From the NCBI GenBank assembly GCA_029244725.1, contig JAQWQJ010000077.1, positions 128,640-192,639 of the forward strand: DNA of 64,000 bases, written 5' to 3'. Shown here piece after piece: positions 7,115 to 17,368 of this stretch. The stretch comes from Paracoccaceae bacterium. GTDB taxonomy: Bacteria; Pseudomonadota; Alphaproteobacteria; Rhodobacterales; Rhodobacteraceae. The translations under genes and the position numbers were made by a program. The notes below the pieces were generated by a model, which saw nothing but the letters and a program-made list of their open reading frames with translations, ran no database searches and had not been told where the DNA came from. The number at the start of each line of letters is the position of its first letter. The first letter of the stretch is position 1.

Positions 7115-9463
7115 ATGTCTGAGCAAAACCAAAGCCAATCCGCAATAGATGACGTATCCAGATCAGTTGTGGATAAACTTGTTTACGTCCTAGCGCTGTT
7201 GTTGGTCCTTGTAGGGCTAATAAATGTAACGCCTGCAATTCCAGGTTGGGACGATCTTTGGAAAACTTTGACAGGGAACGACATGTTTAGGATCCGTCGG
7301 TTTTCCAGCGAATGGCTATTTCCGCTGGCGTTCTTTTGGATGATGCTGATCGTTGCGCTGAAACATTCGATGTGGCGAAGCTGGATTGACAAGAATGCAG
7401 GCGTTCGATGGTTGGGACTTGCTTTTGATGTCGCTCTGGTCGCAGCCGCAGGCGCGATTTCTTTGACCTACCTGATCGAAATTGAGTCAGTTTGCTTGCT
7501 TGATACCTTCACTGGCGATCGCGAGCGTTTAAGGGGCATAGCACTGCAGGCGGAAATTGATTTTGCCGCACTCTATGGGTTGCCGGTTCCGGACACCGCA
7601 GACGATCCGAACTGTCTGAACACAACAGGCAGCGCGATCATTGGTATTATGTTCGCAGCAGTAGTTGTCTTTCTTGGGTACAATGTGAAGGTCTGGGGAC
7701 TGCCGCTCGTTGTGGTCTCAATCATCATTGCGACTTACACATTTGCGACTGTGATGAATTGGTATTTCTTCGGGGCGACCGATCAGAATAAATACCTTGT
7801 CACTATCTTGAGCAGCCAAGAGCCAAGAAGCCTAACGGCGAGCCGAGGGTTTTTTCACGACGCTTTGATCAACCATTCGGCGGGCATGCTGGGTCGCTTT
7901 ATCAACGTGCTTCTAATTCTTGTGTTCCCCTACGTGGTTCTCGGTGCACTGTTTGGCAAATGTGCAGGCGGTCAGGCGCTGATCAAATTGGCCTTTAACG
8001 CCACGCGAAATCTGCGGGGCGGACCAGCCCATGCAGCCGTCGTTTCTTCAGCGATGTTCGGAACGATCACAGGCGGGCCAGTGGTGAATGTACTTTCCAC
8101 AGGGGTTTTAACGATCCCGATGATGCTAAAGCGCGGGTTCTCAAAGGTTTTTGCAGGCGGGGTTGAGGCCGCTGCCTCATCCGGTGGATCTATCATGCCT
8201 CCAATCATGGGGGTAGCCGCGTTCATTCTGGCCGCGTTGACTGGTGTTCCATATCGCGAGATAATCATCGCCGCTCTGATCCCCGCGCTGTTCTATTTCT
8301 TCTGCCTTTTCTTGTCCGTTGTTTTCCAAGCAAGAAAGCAAAACATTGAGGCCGTCGGTGAGCTTACAGATGACATGCGCCTGACGGGAGAAGATCGCCT
8401 CAATCTGCTTCAGATTGTCGGTCCTGTGCTTTTGGTACTTGTTTTGTTGCTCACCCCCAAGGATGCAGTTGGCTGTAGCTGGATTTCGATTGCGCTGGGC
8501 GCGGTTGTGGAGATGGACGGAGAGGTTTGCCGTATAATTTCGCTCCCTTGGGTCATCCAGCTGCTGCAGAACGCAGCGGGTGACGCCAGCGCGGCGGGTT
8601 GGTATTCGGTGTTCTTCCTTCTGATGCTGATGTTCCTGGACAAAGAATTTCGCGCCCGTCCGGTTAAAGTTTTTGATGGCCTGTCTCAAGCTGGCGTGAC
8701 CATTTCGACCCTATACTTGATGTTCATGGCGGTGACCGTGATCGACGTTTGCCTTAACTTCACTGGACTAGCGAAGTTTGTGGCCGTGGATGTTCTGGCT
8801 TTCCTGAAATCGTTTGAAGTTTCAGCTTCTTCGACGGGATTCCAGTTGTTTGCACTGTTCCTGACGATGCTTCTTGCGGTCCTCTTGGGCATGGGGATGC
8901 CCGCCGTTCCGGCCTATATCAACGTTGCTTTGTTGATGGGTCCAATGCTAGTAGGTCTTGGGCTAGCGACATTTACCGCACACATGTTTATCTTCTACTT
9001 CGCGGTAGCTTCGGCGATCACACCTCCGGTGGCTATGGCGGCGTTTGCGGCGTCTTCGATCACAAAGGCCGACCCGATGAAGACAGGGTTTTCAGCGGTG
9101 AAGTCAGGCATTGTGATGTTCACCATCCCCTTCGTCTTCGCGACCTATCCGGAATTGTTATTGATAGATAAAGCTGTCATCGACCCGACAAACGGACAGT
9201 TCTTGCCTGGCTATAATGGCACACCTGATTGGGGCTGGCTTGCTTTCCTGATCGCCCGGTTGGGACTGGCGTTGTTCTTGGTATCCAGTGCATTGTCAGC
9301 GTTTGACCGCAAGGCCTTGGGTGTTGTTGAGATAGCTATACGTTTGGGCGTTGCTGTGTTGATCCTAGCCAAGCCGATGGAAGTCTATGGACCGGCGATT
9401 TTGGCAGGCATAGTGGTGATTGCCGTTCATTCTTTCCGTAGCAAAGAAGAGGCACCCGCTTAA
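7115..9463 (+). CDS. TRAP transporter fused permease (TAXI-type 4TM/12TM fusion)
   Basis: 782-aa polytopic membrane protein immediately downstream of the TAXI SBP gene. Confidence 0.8.
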   Translation: MSEQNQSQSAIDDVSRSVVDKLVYVLALLLVLVGLINVTPAIPGWDDLWKTLTGNDMFRIRRFSSEWLFPLAFFWMMLIVALKHSMWRSWIDKNAGVRWLGLAFDVALVAAAGAISLTYLIEIESVCLLDTFTGDRERLRGIALQAEIDFAALYGLPVPDTADDPNCLNTTGSAIIGIMFAAVVVFLGYNVKVWGLPLVVVSIIIATYTFATVMNWYFFGATDQNKYLVTILSSQEPRSLTASRGFFHDALINHSAGMLGRFINVLLILVFPYVVLGALFGKCAGGQALIKLAFNATRNLRGGPAHAAVVSSAMFGTITGGPVVNVLSTGVLTIPMMLKRGFSKVFAGGVEAAASSGGSIMPPIMGVAAFILAALTGVPYREIIIAALIPALFYFFCLFLSVVFQARKQNIEAVGELTDDMRLTGEDRLNLLQIVGPVLLVLVLLLTPKDAVGCSWISIALGAVVEMDGEVCRIISLPWVIQLLQNAAGDASAAGWYSVFFLLMLMFLDKEFRARPVKVFDGLSQAGVTISTLYLMFMAVTVIDVCLNFTGLAKFVAVDVLAFLKSFEVSASSTGFQLFALFLTMLLAVLLGMGMPAVPAYINVALLMGPMLVGLGLATFTAHMFIFYFAVASAITPPVAMAAFAASSITKADPMKTGFSAVKSGIVMFTIPFVFATYPELLLIDKAVIDPTNGQFLPGYNGTPDWGWLAFLIARLGLALFLVSSALSAFDRKALGVVEIAIRLGVAVLILAKPMEVYGPAILAGIVVIAVHSFRSKEEAPA

Positions 9464-9505
9464 TCGCGTGAGCGCTTTTCCTATTCAGTTGAGAGGGACA
9501 CAGGC

Positions 9506-11089
9506 ATGGCGAAGCGGTCGAGCTACATACTGTTCATCACGGATCAGCAACGCTACGACCATCTTGGTTGCAATGGGCACCCTGTTCTGAAGACGCCTAA
9601 CATTGACGCTATCGCAGCCGAGGGTGTTTCCTACGACCGCTTCTATGTGGCCTCGCCTGTTTGTATGCCGAACAGGGCCAGCTTGATGACTAGTCGCTTG
9701 CCATCCAGCCATGGAGTGCGTTCACTTGGGATCCCATTGGACTATCGCAACGTGACTTTTGTCGAGCTTATGGCGGCTGCTGGCTACGACACAGCGCTGA
9801 TTGGGAAAAGTCACTTACAAAATGTCTCTAAGTTCCCGACCCAATACCAAAAGCCGACGTATCGTGAAGGCTATTCCGAACCGCCAGAAGAACTAGCTGT
9901 GGCTATTCGGTCGGATCTGGATGGCGACAGCTACCAGTACGAACGTCAGGACTATTTCGATGAATTTGGGGCAGAAGTCCCAACCCCTTTCTATGGATTT
10001 GAGCACTACGACTCTGTTGCCCGTCATGGCACAAAGCCCGGAGGGAACTATCATGAATGGCTTGAGAGTAAAGCTCCTGAGGTGATGGATCTCCGCGGTC
10101 CGGAAAATCAGTTTCCTCACGATTACACCTGCCCGCAGGCGTTTAGGACCAAGGTTCCCGAGGAGTACTATTCTACTAGTTATATTGCAAAACAAGCCGT
10201 CGAGTATCTTGAGGCTCGAAAGGACAACCCAAAACCGTTTTTCTTGATGGTGTCTTTCCCGGACCCTCATCATCCATTCAATCCGCCTGGTAAATACTGG
10301 GACATGTACAAACCCGAAGAAATGGTCATTCCCGATGGGTACGACGACGAAGATTGGGAGGTGCCGGAGCATGTCCTGAGCGCCGAGCGCGCTAAGGCAA
10401 GGGACGCGAACCTCGGGAAAAAAACGGGATACACACTTGCGGTCACAAAGCAGCAGGCCTTAGAAGCACGTGCCTTGACTTGCGGGATGATCGCTATGGT
10501 TGATGACGCCGTCGGCGATATTCGTACAGCGGCAGACAAGGCAGGACTTTCTAGCAACACGGTCCAAATCTACACTTCGGATCACGGCGATCATCTTGGG
10601 GACCATAGGTTGCTATTCAAAGGATCTGAGCAATACGACAACCTAACCCACGTGCCCTTCATCTGGGCGGATCCGAAAGGGGCCAAGGCTGCGAGGGCGC
10701 ACGATCTGGCACAAACCCACGACATCGGCGCGACGATCCTGGAGCATGCCAAGATTGAGCCCTCTGGAGGAATGCAGGGGCAAGTTATGCGTGTCGCCGG
10801 AGGGAAGACGCGAGAGACTGCATTTATCCAGTATGACACCCAGAGGCCGCAAGAGGCGTTTGGCATAGAGCTGAGAGCCCATACTGTTGTCCATGATCGG
10901 TATCGCTTGACCATGTATCGGGGGAAATGTCAGAACGAACTTTTTGACTTGGAAAACGATCCTAGCGAAATGAAAAACCTCTGGGATAGTGAAGATCATC
11001 AGGGCGTTAAGGCCAAGATGGTCGAGGTTCTGGCTGAACAAGAGATCGCATCCGTTGATCGCGTGCCCTTCCCAACGGCAGAAGCTTAG
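9506..11089 (+). CDS. Cys-type (formylglycine) sulfatase, no signal peptide
   Basis: ILFITDQQRYDHLG together with the C-x-P-x-R motif SPVCMPNRASLMTS. There is no N-terminal signal sequence. Confidence 0.85.
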   Translation: MAKRSSYILFITDQQRYDHLGCNGHPVLKTPNIDAIAAEGVSYDRFYVASPVCMPNRASLMTSRLPSSHGVRSLGIPLDYRNVTFVELMAAAGYDTALIGKSHLQNVSKFPTQYQKPTYREGYSEPPEELAVAIRSDLDGDSYQYERQDYFDEFGAEVPTPFYGFEHYDSVARHGTKPGGNYHEWLESKAPEVMDLRGPENQFPHDYTCPQAFRTKVPEEYYSTSYIAKQAVEYLEARKDNPKPFFLMVSFPDPHHPFNPPGKYWDMYKPEEMVIPDGYDDEDWEVPEHVLSAERAKARDANLGKKTGYTLAVTKQQALEARALTCGMIAMVDDAVGDIRTAADKAGLSSNTVQIYTSDHGDHLGDHRLLFKGSEQYDNLTHVPFIWADPKGAKAARAHDLAQTHDIGATILEHAKIEPSGGMQGQVMRVAGGKTRETAFIQYDTQRPQEAFGIELRAHTVVHDRYRLTMYRGKCQNELFDLENDPSEMKNLWDSEDHQGVKAKMVEVLAEQEIASVDRVPFPTAEA

Positions 11090-11109
11090 GGTGCAGGATT
11101 GGAGCGACC

Positions 11110-12003
11110 ATGCCCAAAACTGAATTCATTACTCTTGGCACTGCCGGCGGACCTGTTCCTAATTTAAGACGTGCACAGCCAGCCCATGCTGTAGTGCGCG
11201 GTGATCTAAGCATTCTCGTGGATTGCGGCGACGGAGCGATGGGTCAGCTGATGCGTGCTGAGATAGATTTCCGCAATGTCCACGATATCGTTCTATCCCA
11301 TCATCATTTCGATCACATCGGCGGGTTGTTTGCCTGTCTCGGGAAGAACATGATGCTGCAACGGTCGCGGACGTTGCGTATCTATGGGCCAAAGGGGACC
11401 AAGCGGATCGTAGAGGGGCTTTTTTTGGCCTGCGATATTTCCTGCGAAATAGGTTTTGGAATTTCGGGAAAAGGTCTGCCGCATCCGCGAGATTTTGTGA
11501 GCGTTCACGAGATCGAGCCGGGCGAGAGCTTCCAGGTAGAAGATGTCGAAATAAGCTGCTGTGAAAATACGCACTATCGCCCTGAAAACGAATTCGGAAC
11601 GGTAGGCGCGGTTTCTCTGTCTCTTAGGTTCGATGCGCCAGATCGTTCGTTTGTCTTCACGGGCGACACAGGTCCTTGTAGCGCCATTGTCGAATTGGCC
11701 TCAGGCGCAGACATTCTGTTTGGCGAGGTCATGGACGTAGAGAAAGTTATGGGAAGGGTTCGAAAGAAGAACCCTCATATGACCGCAGATCAAATTGAAT
11801 CTATGGCCAAGCACATGAAGGCGCATCATTTGGTGCCGGAGCATCTGGGTGAACTTGCGCGGAAGGCAAAGGTTGGACGGGTTGTTTGCGTCCATGTCCC
11901 TCTGGATTCAATACCCCCGGAAACCGCGCCAGATTACGTGGCAAAAGTCGCCACACAATTTGACGGGCCAATTTCGATCTCGGAAGATCTCAATCGGTAC
12001 TGA
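11110..12003 (+). CDS. MBL-fold metallo-hydrolase
   Basis: The HxHxDH motif is present (LSHHHFDHIGG). 297 aa. Confidence 0.75.
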   Translation: MPKTEFITLGTAGGPVPNLRRAQPAHAVVRGDLSILVDCGDGAMGQLMRAEIDFRNVHDIVLSHHHFDHIGGLFACLGKNMMLQRSRTLRIYGPKGTKRIVEGLFLACDISCEIGFGISGKGLPHPRDFVSVHEIEPGESFQVEDVEISCCENTHYRPENEFGTVGAVSLSLRFDAPDRSFVFTGDTGPCSAIVELASGADILFGEVMDVEKVMGRVRKKNPHMTADQIESMAKHMKAHHLVPEHLGELARKAKVGRVVCVHVPLDSIPPETAPDYVAKVATQFDGPISISEDLNRY

Positions 12004-12016
12004 TTTAGACATCCGC

Positions 12017-13375
12017 CTAGCCAGCGCGGACAGGGGTTTTCATTGTCACAAGTTCTTCAGCCATCGTGGGATGAACTGCGACGACGCGGTCGAAATCTTC
12101 CTTTGTCGCACCCATTTTGATGGCGATTCCGACCATCTGAATCATTTCCCCTGCCGCTGGCGAGACGATATGGCACCCTAGCACCCTGCGTGTTTTCTGG
12201 CTGACAACCAGTTTCATCAGGACGCGATCCGCGCGGGCCGCAAATGCTGTTTGCATTGGTTTAAACGAGGAAGCGTAAACCTCGATAGGTTCTTGCTCTC
12301 TTGCGTGCTCCTCGGACAGGCCAATGGTGCCCATTTCCGGCTGAGTGAAAATTGCGGTGGGTATAAGCTCATGGTCGGGGCTGATTGGATTGTTGTTGAA
12401 AACAGTTTCCACAAAGGCCATTGCCTCGCGGATTGCGACGGGTGTGAGATTCACCCGATCGGTGACATCCCCGATTGCATAAACCGACGGGAGCGAGGTG
12501 CGCGAATATTGGTCGACGATGATCTCGCCTGAGCGCCCGGTTTCAATGCCTACAAGTTCTAAGCCAAGGTTGCCGGAGTTTGGGATCCTGCCCGTCGCGA
12601 AAAGGACCTTGTCAAAGGTTCGTTCCTGACCGTTTGTAGCCATTACACGAATACCTTGGGCATACTCGCTCATTTCTAGAACATTGGTTCCTAAATGCAG
12701 GTCCACGCCGCGCCGGGTCATTTCATCTGCGACCAATCCGCGGGACTCATCATCGAAACCACGCAGGATTTGGGCACCCCTGTAGTATTGCGTGACCTTC
12801 GTACCGAGGCCATTGAAAACACCAGCAAATTCCGAAGCGATGTAGCCGCCCCCGACGACCAGAATGGACTTTGGCATTTCTTCAAGGTGGAATATCTCGT
12901 TCGAGGAGATGGCAAGGCCACCGCCAAGGATATCCGGTGTAGCAGGGCGCCCGCCAGTGGCTATCAGGATAGTCTTGGCTGAAAGGGTTCTGCCATCAGC
13001 CAACAGAACATCATTTGGGCCAGTTAGCTCAGCAAAGCTGTTGAACGTCTCGACATCGTTGTTGGACAGAATATTCCGATAAATGCCCTCGAGACGATCT
13101 AGCTCGGCATGCATTTTCGTTTTGAACACCAGCCAATCGAAACCATCGGACGTTACTCTCCAACCGTATTGAGCAGCGTCTTCGACTGTATCCCTAAACT
13201 CGCTGGCAAAAACCATTAGCTTTTTGGGGACGCAGCCGCGAATGACGCAGGTGCCGCCATAGCGATCTGCTTCTGCAAGACCCACTTTTGCGCCCGTCTG
13301 GGCCGCAACTCGGGCAGCGCGCACCCCACCTGAACCCCCTCCGATCACGAAGAGGTCGTAGTCATAATTTGCCAA
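12017..13375 (-). CDS. gor: Glutathione-disulfide reductase
   Basis: It has DYDLFVIGGGSGG (FAD binding), the redox-active GGTCVIRGCVPKK and C-terminal HPTMAEELVTM. The ATG-started ORF (to 13507) overlaps the upstream gene by 86 nt. A TTG at 13375, preceded by GGAGA 6 nt upstream, gives a typical length of about 452 aa. Confidence 0.8.
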   Translation of the reverse strand: MANYDYDLFVIGGGSGGVRAARVAAQTGAKVGLAEADRYGGTCVIRGCVPKKLMVFASEFRDTVEDAAQYGWRVTSDGFDWLVFKTKMHAELDRLEGIYRNILSNNDVETFNSFAELTGPNDVLLADGRTLSAKTILIATGGRPATPDILGGGLAISSNEIFHLEEMPKSILVVGGGYIASEFAGVFNGLGTKVTQYYRGAQILRGFDDESRGLVADEMTRRGVDLHLGTNVLEMSEYAQGIRVMATNGQERTFDKVLFATGRIPNSGNLGLELVGIETGRSGEIIVDQYSRTSLPSVYAIGDVTDRVNLTPVAIREAMAFVETVFNNNPISPDHELIPTAIFTQPEMGTIGLSEEHAREQEPIEVYASSFKPMQTAFAARADRVLMKLVVSQKTRRVLGCHIVSPAAGEMIQMVGIAIKMGATKEDFDRVVAVHPTMAEELVTMKTPVRAG

Positions 13376-13421
13376 TTGTTGTCTCCAAGCGAAGTGGGCG
13401 TTTAGCGGTGAAGCAGAGCGT

Positions 13422-14699
13422 TTAGTTTCCGCTGTCCTCAAGCTCTTTTGCGCATTGAATATAGTAGTGTCGGGTCGGGCAGTTGATTTGATCAATGGCA
13501 TGGGCACGCAGCAATTCTGCTTTCAGGACCCGTGCTTCGCTTGCCATTTCGCCTGCGCTTATTAGTCGATCAACAAGCTGAAGCCCCCATTGATATTCTC
13601 CCGATTTCTTTGCGTTGGTTATCTCGACTAAAAAGGCAGAAGCTCCGCCACCCAACTTAATCATGCGTTTCGCTTCGTCGTCAGGCGCAAGGGTTGAAAG
13701 CGTAGTTGGGTTTCCGTCAAACCAGCCCAAAGTGCCAACGAAATACGCGCGCACCGCGAAATCCACGCGACCGTAGTACTCGCGCAGATGAGGTTTTCCA
13801 GCCAAGTGTTCGGGCAGCTTCACTTTGTGCGCCAGTTCATCAATTGTCAGACCCGCATCCATTCCATTGCGGGTTTCGTTGATCACATGACGAATTGCGT
13901 CGCGATAGTCAGTCAGCACGTTTTTGATGCTTTCAGCACCGAAAACCGGCTTCGTGTGACCGGGGGCCAGCACGTCTGGCTTAAAAGACATAAGCTGTTC
14001 CATCGTGTCAGCCCATGCATCAAAGTCGCGATAGGCAGTGCCGCGAATTGCATAGAGGTTCGGGAACGACCGATAGAAGTTGTCGCCACTGATCAGGACT
14101 TTCTTGTCGGCATACCAAACCACCATGTGATCCGGAGTTTCACCCGGTGCCATGACTAACTCTAAGTTGATGCCCTGAACCGAGAGGGTTTCCCCTTCAT
14201 CACCGATACGGCGGGTAGGGGGCAGGGAGCCAGCCCCCATGCCTTTCAAGGGTCGATCGCCGGGTCCCACACCGATTCCAACGATTTCGTCGGGATAGGA
14301 CAGACCAATACCGAACTGACGCTTTGTGCGAGCTTGCATCGCCTTCACAGGTTGAGGATGGTCTGAGGCTACAAAAAGAGAGTCATCAGAGTATTTCATG
14401 CTGGCAAGAATTTCGGGATTGCCGCTCTCGGCGAAAACACTTGCGCCGGAAACGTGATCGCGGTGCGAGTGGGTGAGGATAATCGTCTTCACCGGCAGGT
14501 CGGTAATCTTGCGAAACTCAGCCAGAATGTTCGCCGCCGCTGTGGTGGTTTCTGACGTGTCGACAATGATTAGCCCGTCGTCGCCGATGATCATATAAAC
14601 GTTCGAGGCTGCATAGCCGAACGCCATGTACACATTGTCCGCAAGCTTGTAGATTTCTTTTTGGAAATACTCGGGATGTGCTTTGAGTTCTGGATGCAT
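13422..14699 (-). CDS. Alkyl/aryl-sulfatase-like MBL-fold protein (MBL plus alkylsulfatase dimerisation region, no SCP2 tail)
   Basis: It has THSHRDHVSG (MBL motif). The GWFDGNPTTLSTLAPDDEAKRMIKLGGG segment resembles the SdsA1/Bds1 dimerisation domain. At 425 aa it is shorter than canonical proteins of this family, which are about 650 aa. Confidence 0.65.
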   Translation of the reverse strand: MHPELKAHPEYFQKEIYKLADNVYMAFGYAASNVYMIIGDDGLIIVDTSETTTAAANILAEFRKITDLPVKTIILTHSHRDHVSGASVFAESGNPEILASMKYSDDSLFVASDHPQPVKAMQARTKRQFGIGLSYPDEIVGIGVGPGDRPLKGMGAGSLPPTRRIGDEGETLSVQGINLELVMAPGETPDHMVVWYADKKVLISGDNFYRSFPNLYAIRGTAYRDFDAWADTMEQLMSFKPDVLAPGHTKPVFGAESIKNVLTDYRDAIRHVINETRNGMDAGLTIDELAHKVKLPEHLAGKPHLREYYGRVDFAVRAYFVGTLGWFDGNPTTLSTLAPDDEAKRMIKLGGGASAFLVEITNAKKSGEYQWGLQLVDRLISAGEMASEARVLKAELLRAHAIDQINCPTRHYYIQCAKELEDSGN

Positions 14700-14750
14700 G
14701 TTCGTTCCCCTACAGCTGCGGCATTCTGGTTTAGCAACCTTATAGGTTCA

Positions 14751-14822
14751 TGGGATCCCAAAATCAATATCAAACGGAATTATATGGCAATTATTGGGAT
14801 AAAATCTTGTATTAGGATCCCA
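14751..14822. promoter_or_regulatory. Pair of GGATCC-core operator-like boxes in the divergent alkylsulfatase/sulfatase control region
   Basis: TGGGATCCCA lies at 14751-14760 and TAGGATCCCA at 14813-14822, with starts 62 bp apart. Confidence 0.6.
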
Positions 14823-14897
14823 TTTATGGAAGTGTGCCGCAAACTTCCCGCGTGCTCCCTGGGGTTTTAAGGTGGGATTCTGAACTTAGGAGTGACC

Positions 14898-16529
14898 ATG
14901 ACACGCAAAAATGTGCTGTTCATCATGTGCGATCAACTTCGGCATGACTACCTTGGTTGTACGGGTCATCCGACGATCAACACGCCGAATATAGACGCTC
15001 TGGCAGCGCGCGGCGTGGTTTTCTCTAACACATTTTGTCAGGCACCGACGTGCGGTCCGTCAAGGAATTCAATGTATACTGGTCGCTATGTGTCTTCGAA
15101 TGGAACGTCTGTTTTGCATGCACCTTTACGCGTCGGCGAAATGCATATTGGACACTACCTTAACCCGTTGGGCGTTCGCACCTCATTGATCGGCAAATCG
15201 CATGTTGTTCCGGATGTGGAGGGCATGGAGCGGCTGGGGATTGATCCCCAAAGTATTGTTGGACAAGGCCTTGGTCACGCTGGCTGGGAGCCCTACGAGC
15301 GGGATGATGGGATTCATCCAGACGCCTTGGTGAAGCCAAACCTGCGCTACAATGAGTATTTGCGCTCAAAAGGATATGACGAACAGCACAACCCTTGGCA
15401 TTGGGTTGCAAATGCTGTCGATACAAAAGACGGAGTGCGGTCCGGCTACTTTAATGACTGCGTTAATCATCCTGCCCGTGTCTCTGACGAAGACAGTGAG
15501 ACGCCGTACATGACACGGAGGGCTATGGAATTTATGGACGAGGTAGGTGAGGAGCAACCGTGGCTGCTACATCTCTCCTATATCAAACCTCATTGGCCTT
15601 ATGTGGCGCCAGCGCCTTACCATGACATGTATTCCGAGAAAGATGTCGTGCCCGCTATTCGCAGTGAGTCAGAACTCGAAGCGCCAAACGGATTAATCAA
15701 AAACTTCCGCACGAGAGTCGGAGCTGGCACCTTTAGTAATGAGGAAGCTCGCAAGAAGATCATCCCTGCCTACATGGGGCTGATCACGCAGATTGACGAT
15801 CAGCTTGGATTGCTGTTCGGATTTATGGAAGAGCGGGGGCTTTTTGAGAACACTATGATTGTGTTCACAGCGGACCACGGGGACTACCTTGGAGACCACT
15901 GGATGGTGGACAAAGAGTATTTCCACGATCCGGCAGTCAAAATTCCGTTGATCATATTCGATCCCGATGAGGCCGCGAACGCAGCTCGCGGCACCGTTGA
16001 CGACGACTTTGTTGAGGGTGTCGATCTACTTCCGACTTTCCTGGATTATTACGGGGGAGAAATCCCAAAGCATACGCTGGAAGGGCGATCTCTTTTGCCT
16101 AAGCTCCGTAATGAAGCGGTGGCTTGGCGGGATTTTGCCATAAGCGAAAGCGACTATTCATTTCAAGCGTTCCGAAATGTAATCGGCACGGCGCCACTCG
16201 AGTGCAACTCATACATGATCGCAACAAAAGAGTGGAAATATGTCTATGCCCCTGGCTACGATCCTGTGTTGTTCGATCGGATTAATGACCCGCAAGAGCT
16301 TGCAGATCTCGGGAATGCTCCTGAACATGAAGCGGTCCGTCAGGATTTATTCAACAAGCTGGCAAGTTGGTCAATGCAGTACCGGCAGCGCACGGCTTGC
16401 ACGGAAGAGAGGGCGTTGCGAATGTCCGGAATCGAGGAAGAGCTTGGTGTTTTGATCGGGTATTGGGATGAGGCAGACGCCAAGGATTTGGATCCAGAAA
16501 AGGTGCCAATTCACAAATCCACGCGGTAA
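14898..16529 (+). CDS. Cys-type (formylglycine) sulfatase, no signal peptide
   Basis: VLFIMCDQLRHDYLG together with C-x-P-x-R (APTCGPSRNSMYTGR). The ATG at 14898 follows an AGGAG SD; the ORF track starts at the GTG at 14892. Confidence 0.85.
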   Translation: MTRKNVLFIMCDQLRHDYLGCTGHPTINTPNIDALAARGVVFSNTFCQAPTCGPSRNSMYTGRYVSSNGTSVLHAPLRVGEMHIGHYLNPLGVRTSLIGKSHVVPDVEGMERLGIDPQSIVGQGLGHAGWEPYERDDGIHPDALVKPNLRYNEYLRSKGYDEQHNPWHWVANAVDTKDGVRSGYFNDCVNHPARVSDEDSETPYMTRRAMEFMDEVGEEQPWLLHLSYIKPHWPYVAPAPYHDMYSEKDVVPAIRSESELEAPNGLIKNFRTRVGAGTFSNEEARKKIIPAYMGLITQIDDQLGLLFGFMEERGLFENTMIVFTADHGDYLGDHWMVDKEYFHDPAVKIPLIIFDPDEAANAARGTVDDDFVEGVDLLPTFLDYYGGEIPKHTLEGRSLLPKLRNEAVAWRDFAISESDYSFQAFRNVIGTAPLECNSYMIATKEWKYVYAPGYDPVLFDRINDPQELADLGNAPEHEAVRQDLFNKLASWSMQYRQRTACTEERALRMSGIEEELGVLIGYWDEADAKDLDPEKVPIHKSTR

Positions 16530-16554
16530 AAGGCGGTCTAACGGGCATGGGGTT

Positions 16555-17349
16555 TTATGAGCGACTGGTGCTTTGTTCAGATAGCTGGGCGGTAAGGCTA
16601 GGGCTTGTTACGTCCAGACCCGAGAAACTGATCAGATCGGTTAGGGTTAGCTCTTCATTTCGTTTCTCAAAGATCTCAATGTACTCAACCATCGTGTTCG
16701 AGTGCTCGCGCATCATCCCTTCAGCACGCACTGCGTCACCTCTTTGAATGGACTCGAAGATGACCTTGTGCTGCGAATTTCCGAGCTTGAGTCTAAACAG
16801 GCTGCGATCAATCCCTTCGGATGTTGCAAGTACCTGTTTGTCAAATACCATTGAGCCGACCTCGAGCATGGGTAAATGGCTGATCTGGTTGCACGTAAAC
16901 CCGATGAAATCGTTCCCGCAGCCTTCTAGAATGGTCTTGTGAAACAGTGCATTGTGTTGCTGCAGCTGCCGCAAGGATGCGTCATCAGCTTTGCCGACTT
17001 TTATCCATGCATCAATTGCATCAATTGCTTTCTCCAAATCATGCACCAAATTGTGCCGCCCGGTCGATTGGGCCATTAATCTGGCGGCCAATGCTTCGAG
17101 ATTGCCGCGCACCTGCACTGCCTGAAGGATATCTTGAACGGTCGGGTTGTTGACATAGTAACCCCTGCCACCAGCTCGCCGGATCAAGCCTTCGCGTTCC
17201 AGTAAGCGTAGCGCCATACGCACCGGAGTCCGAGAAACTTCATATGTGTCGCACAAAAGAGCCTCGGACAGGCGCTGTGTCTCGCCGAAATTCCCGAAAA
17301 TGATGTCTTTTCTAATGCGTGCGGCAAGTGCTGTATCGATAGATTCCAT
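16555..17349 (-). CDS. GntR-family transcriptional regulator (FadR/FCD-type C-terminal domain)
   Basis: It has a winged-HTH region, LSEALLCDTYEVSRTPVRMALRLLEREGLI. I prefer the start at MESIDTALAARI (17349) rather than 17400. Confidence 0.8.
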   Translation of the reverse strand: MESIDTALAARIRKDIIFGNFGETQRLSEALLCDTYEVSRTPVRMALRLLEREGLIRRAGGRGYYVNNPTVQDILQAVQVRGNLEALAARLMAQSTGRHNLVHDLEKAIDAIDAWIKVGKADDASLRQLQQHNALFHKTILEGCGNDFIGFTCNQISHLPMLEVGSMVFDKQVLATSEGIDRSLFRLKLGNSQHKVIFESIQRGDAVRAEGMMREHSNTMVEYIEIFEKRNEELTLTDLISFSGLDVTSPSLTAQLSEQSTSRS

Positions 17350-17368
17350 AGTTGGGTTATCGGACTTC

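Noticed and set aside
9727-9736. A perfect TGGGATCCCA inside the sulfatase coding sequence (and CGGGATCCCA at 20783-20792 inside dctQ) as additional operators.
   Set aside because: I did not call these as features because intragenic copies may be chance or codon-driven. They are mentioned under the regulon finding for testing.
13376-13507. The N-terminal extension of the gor ORF (ATG at 13507).
   Set aside because: It overlaps the 3' end of the upstream alkylsulfatase-like gene by 86 nt and precedes the conserved FAD-binding start. An SD-preceded TTG at 13375 gives the canonical length.
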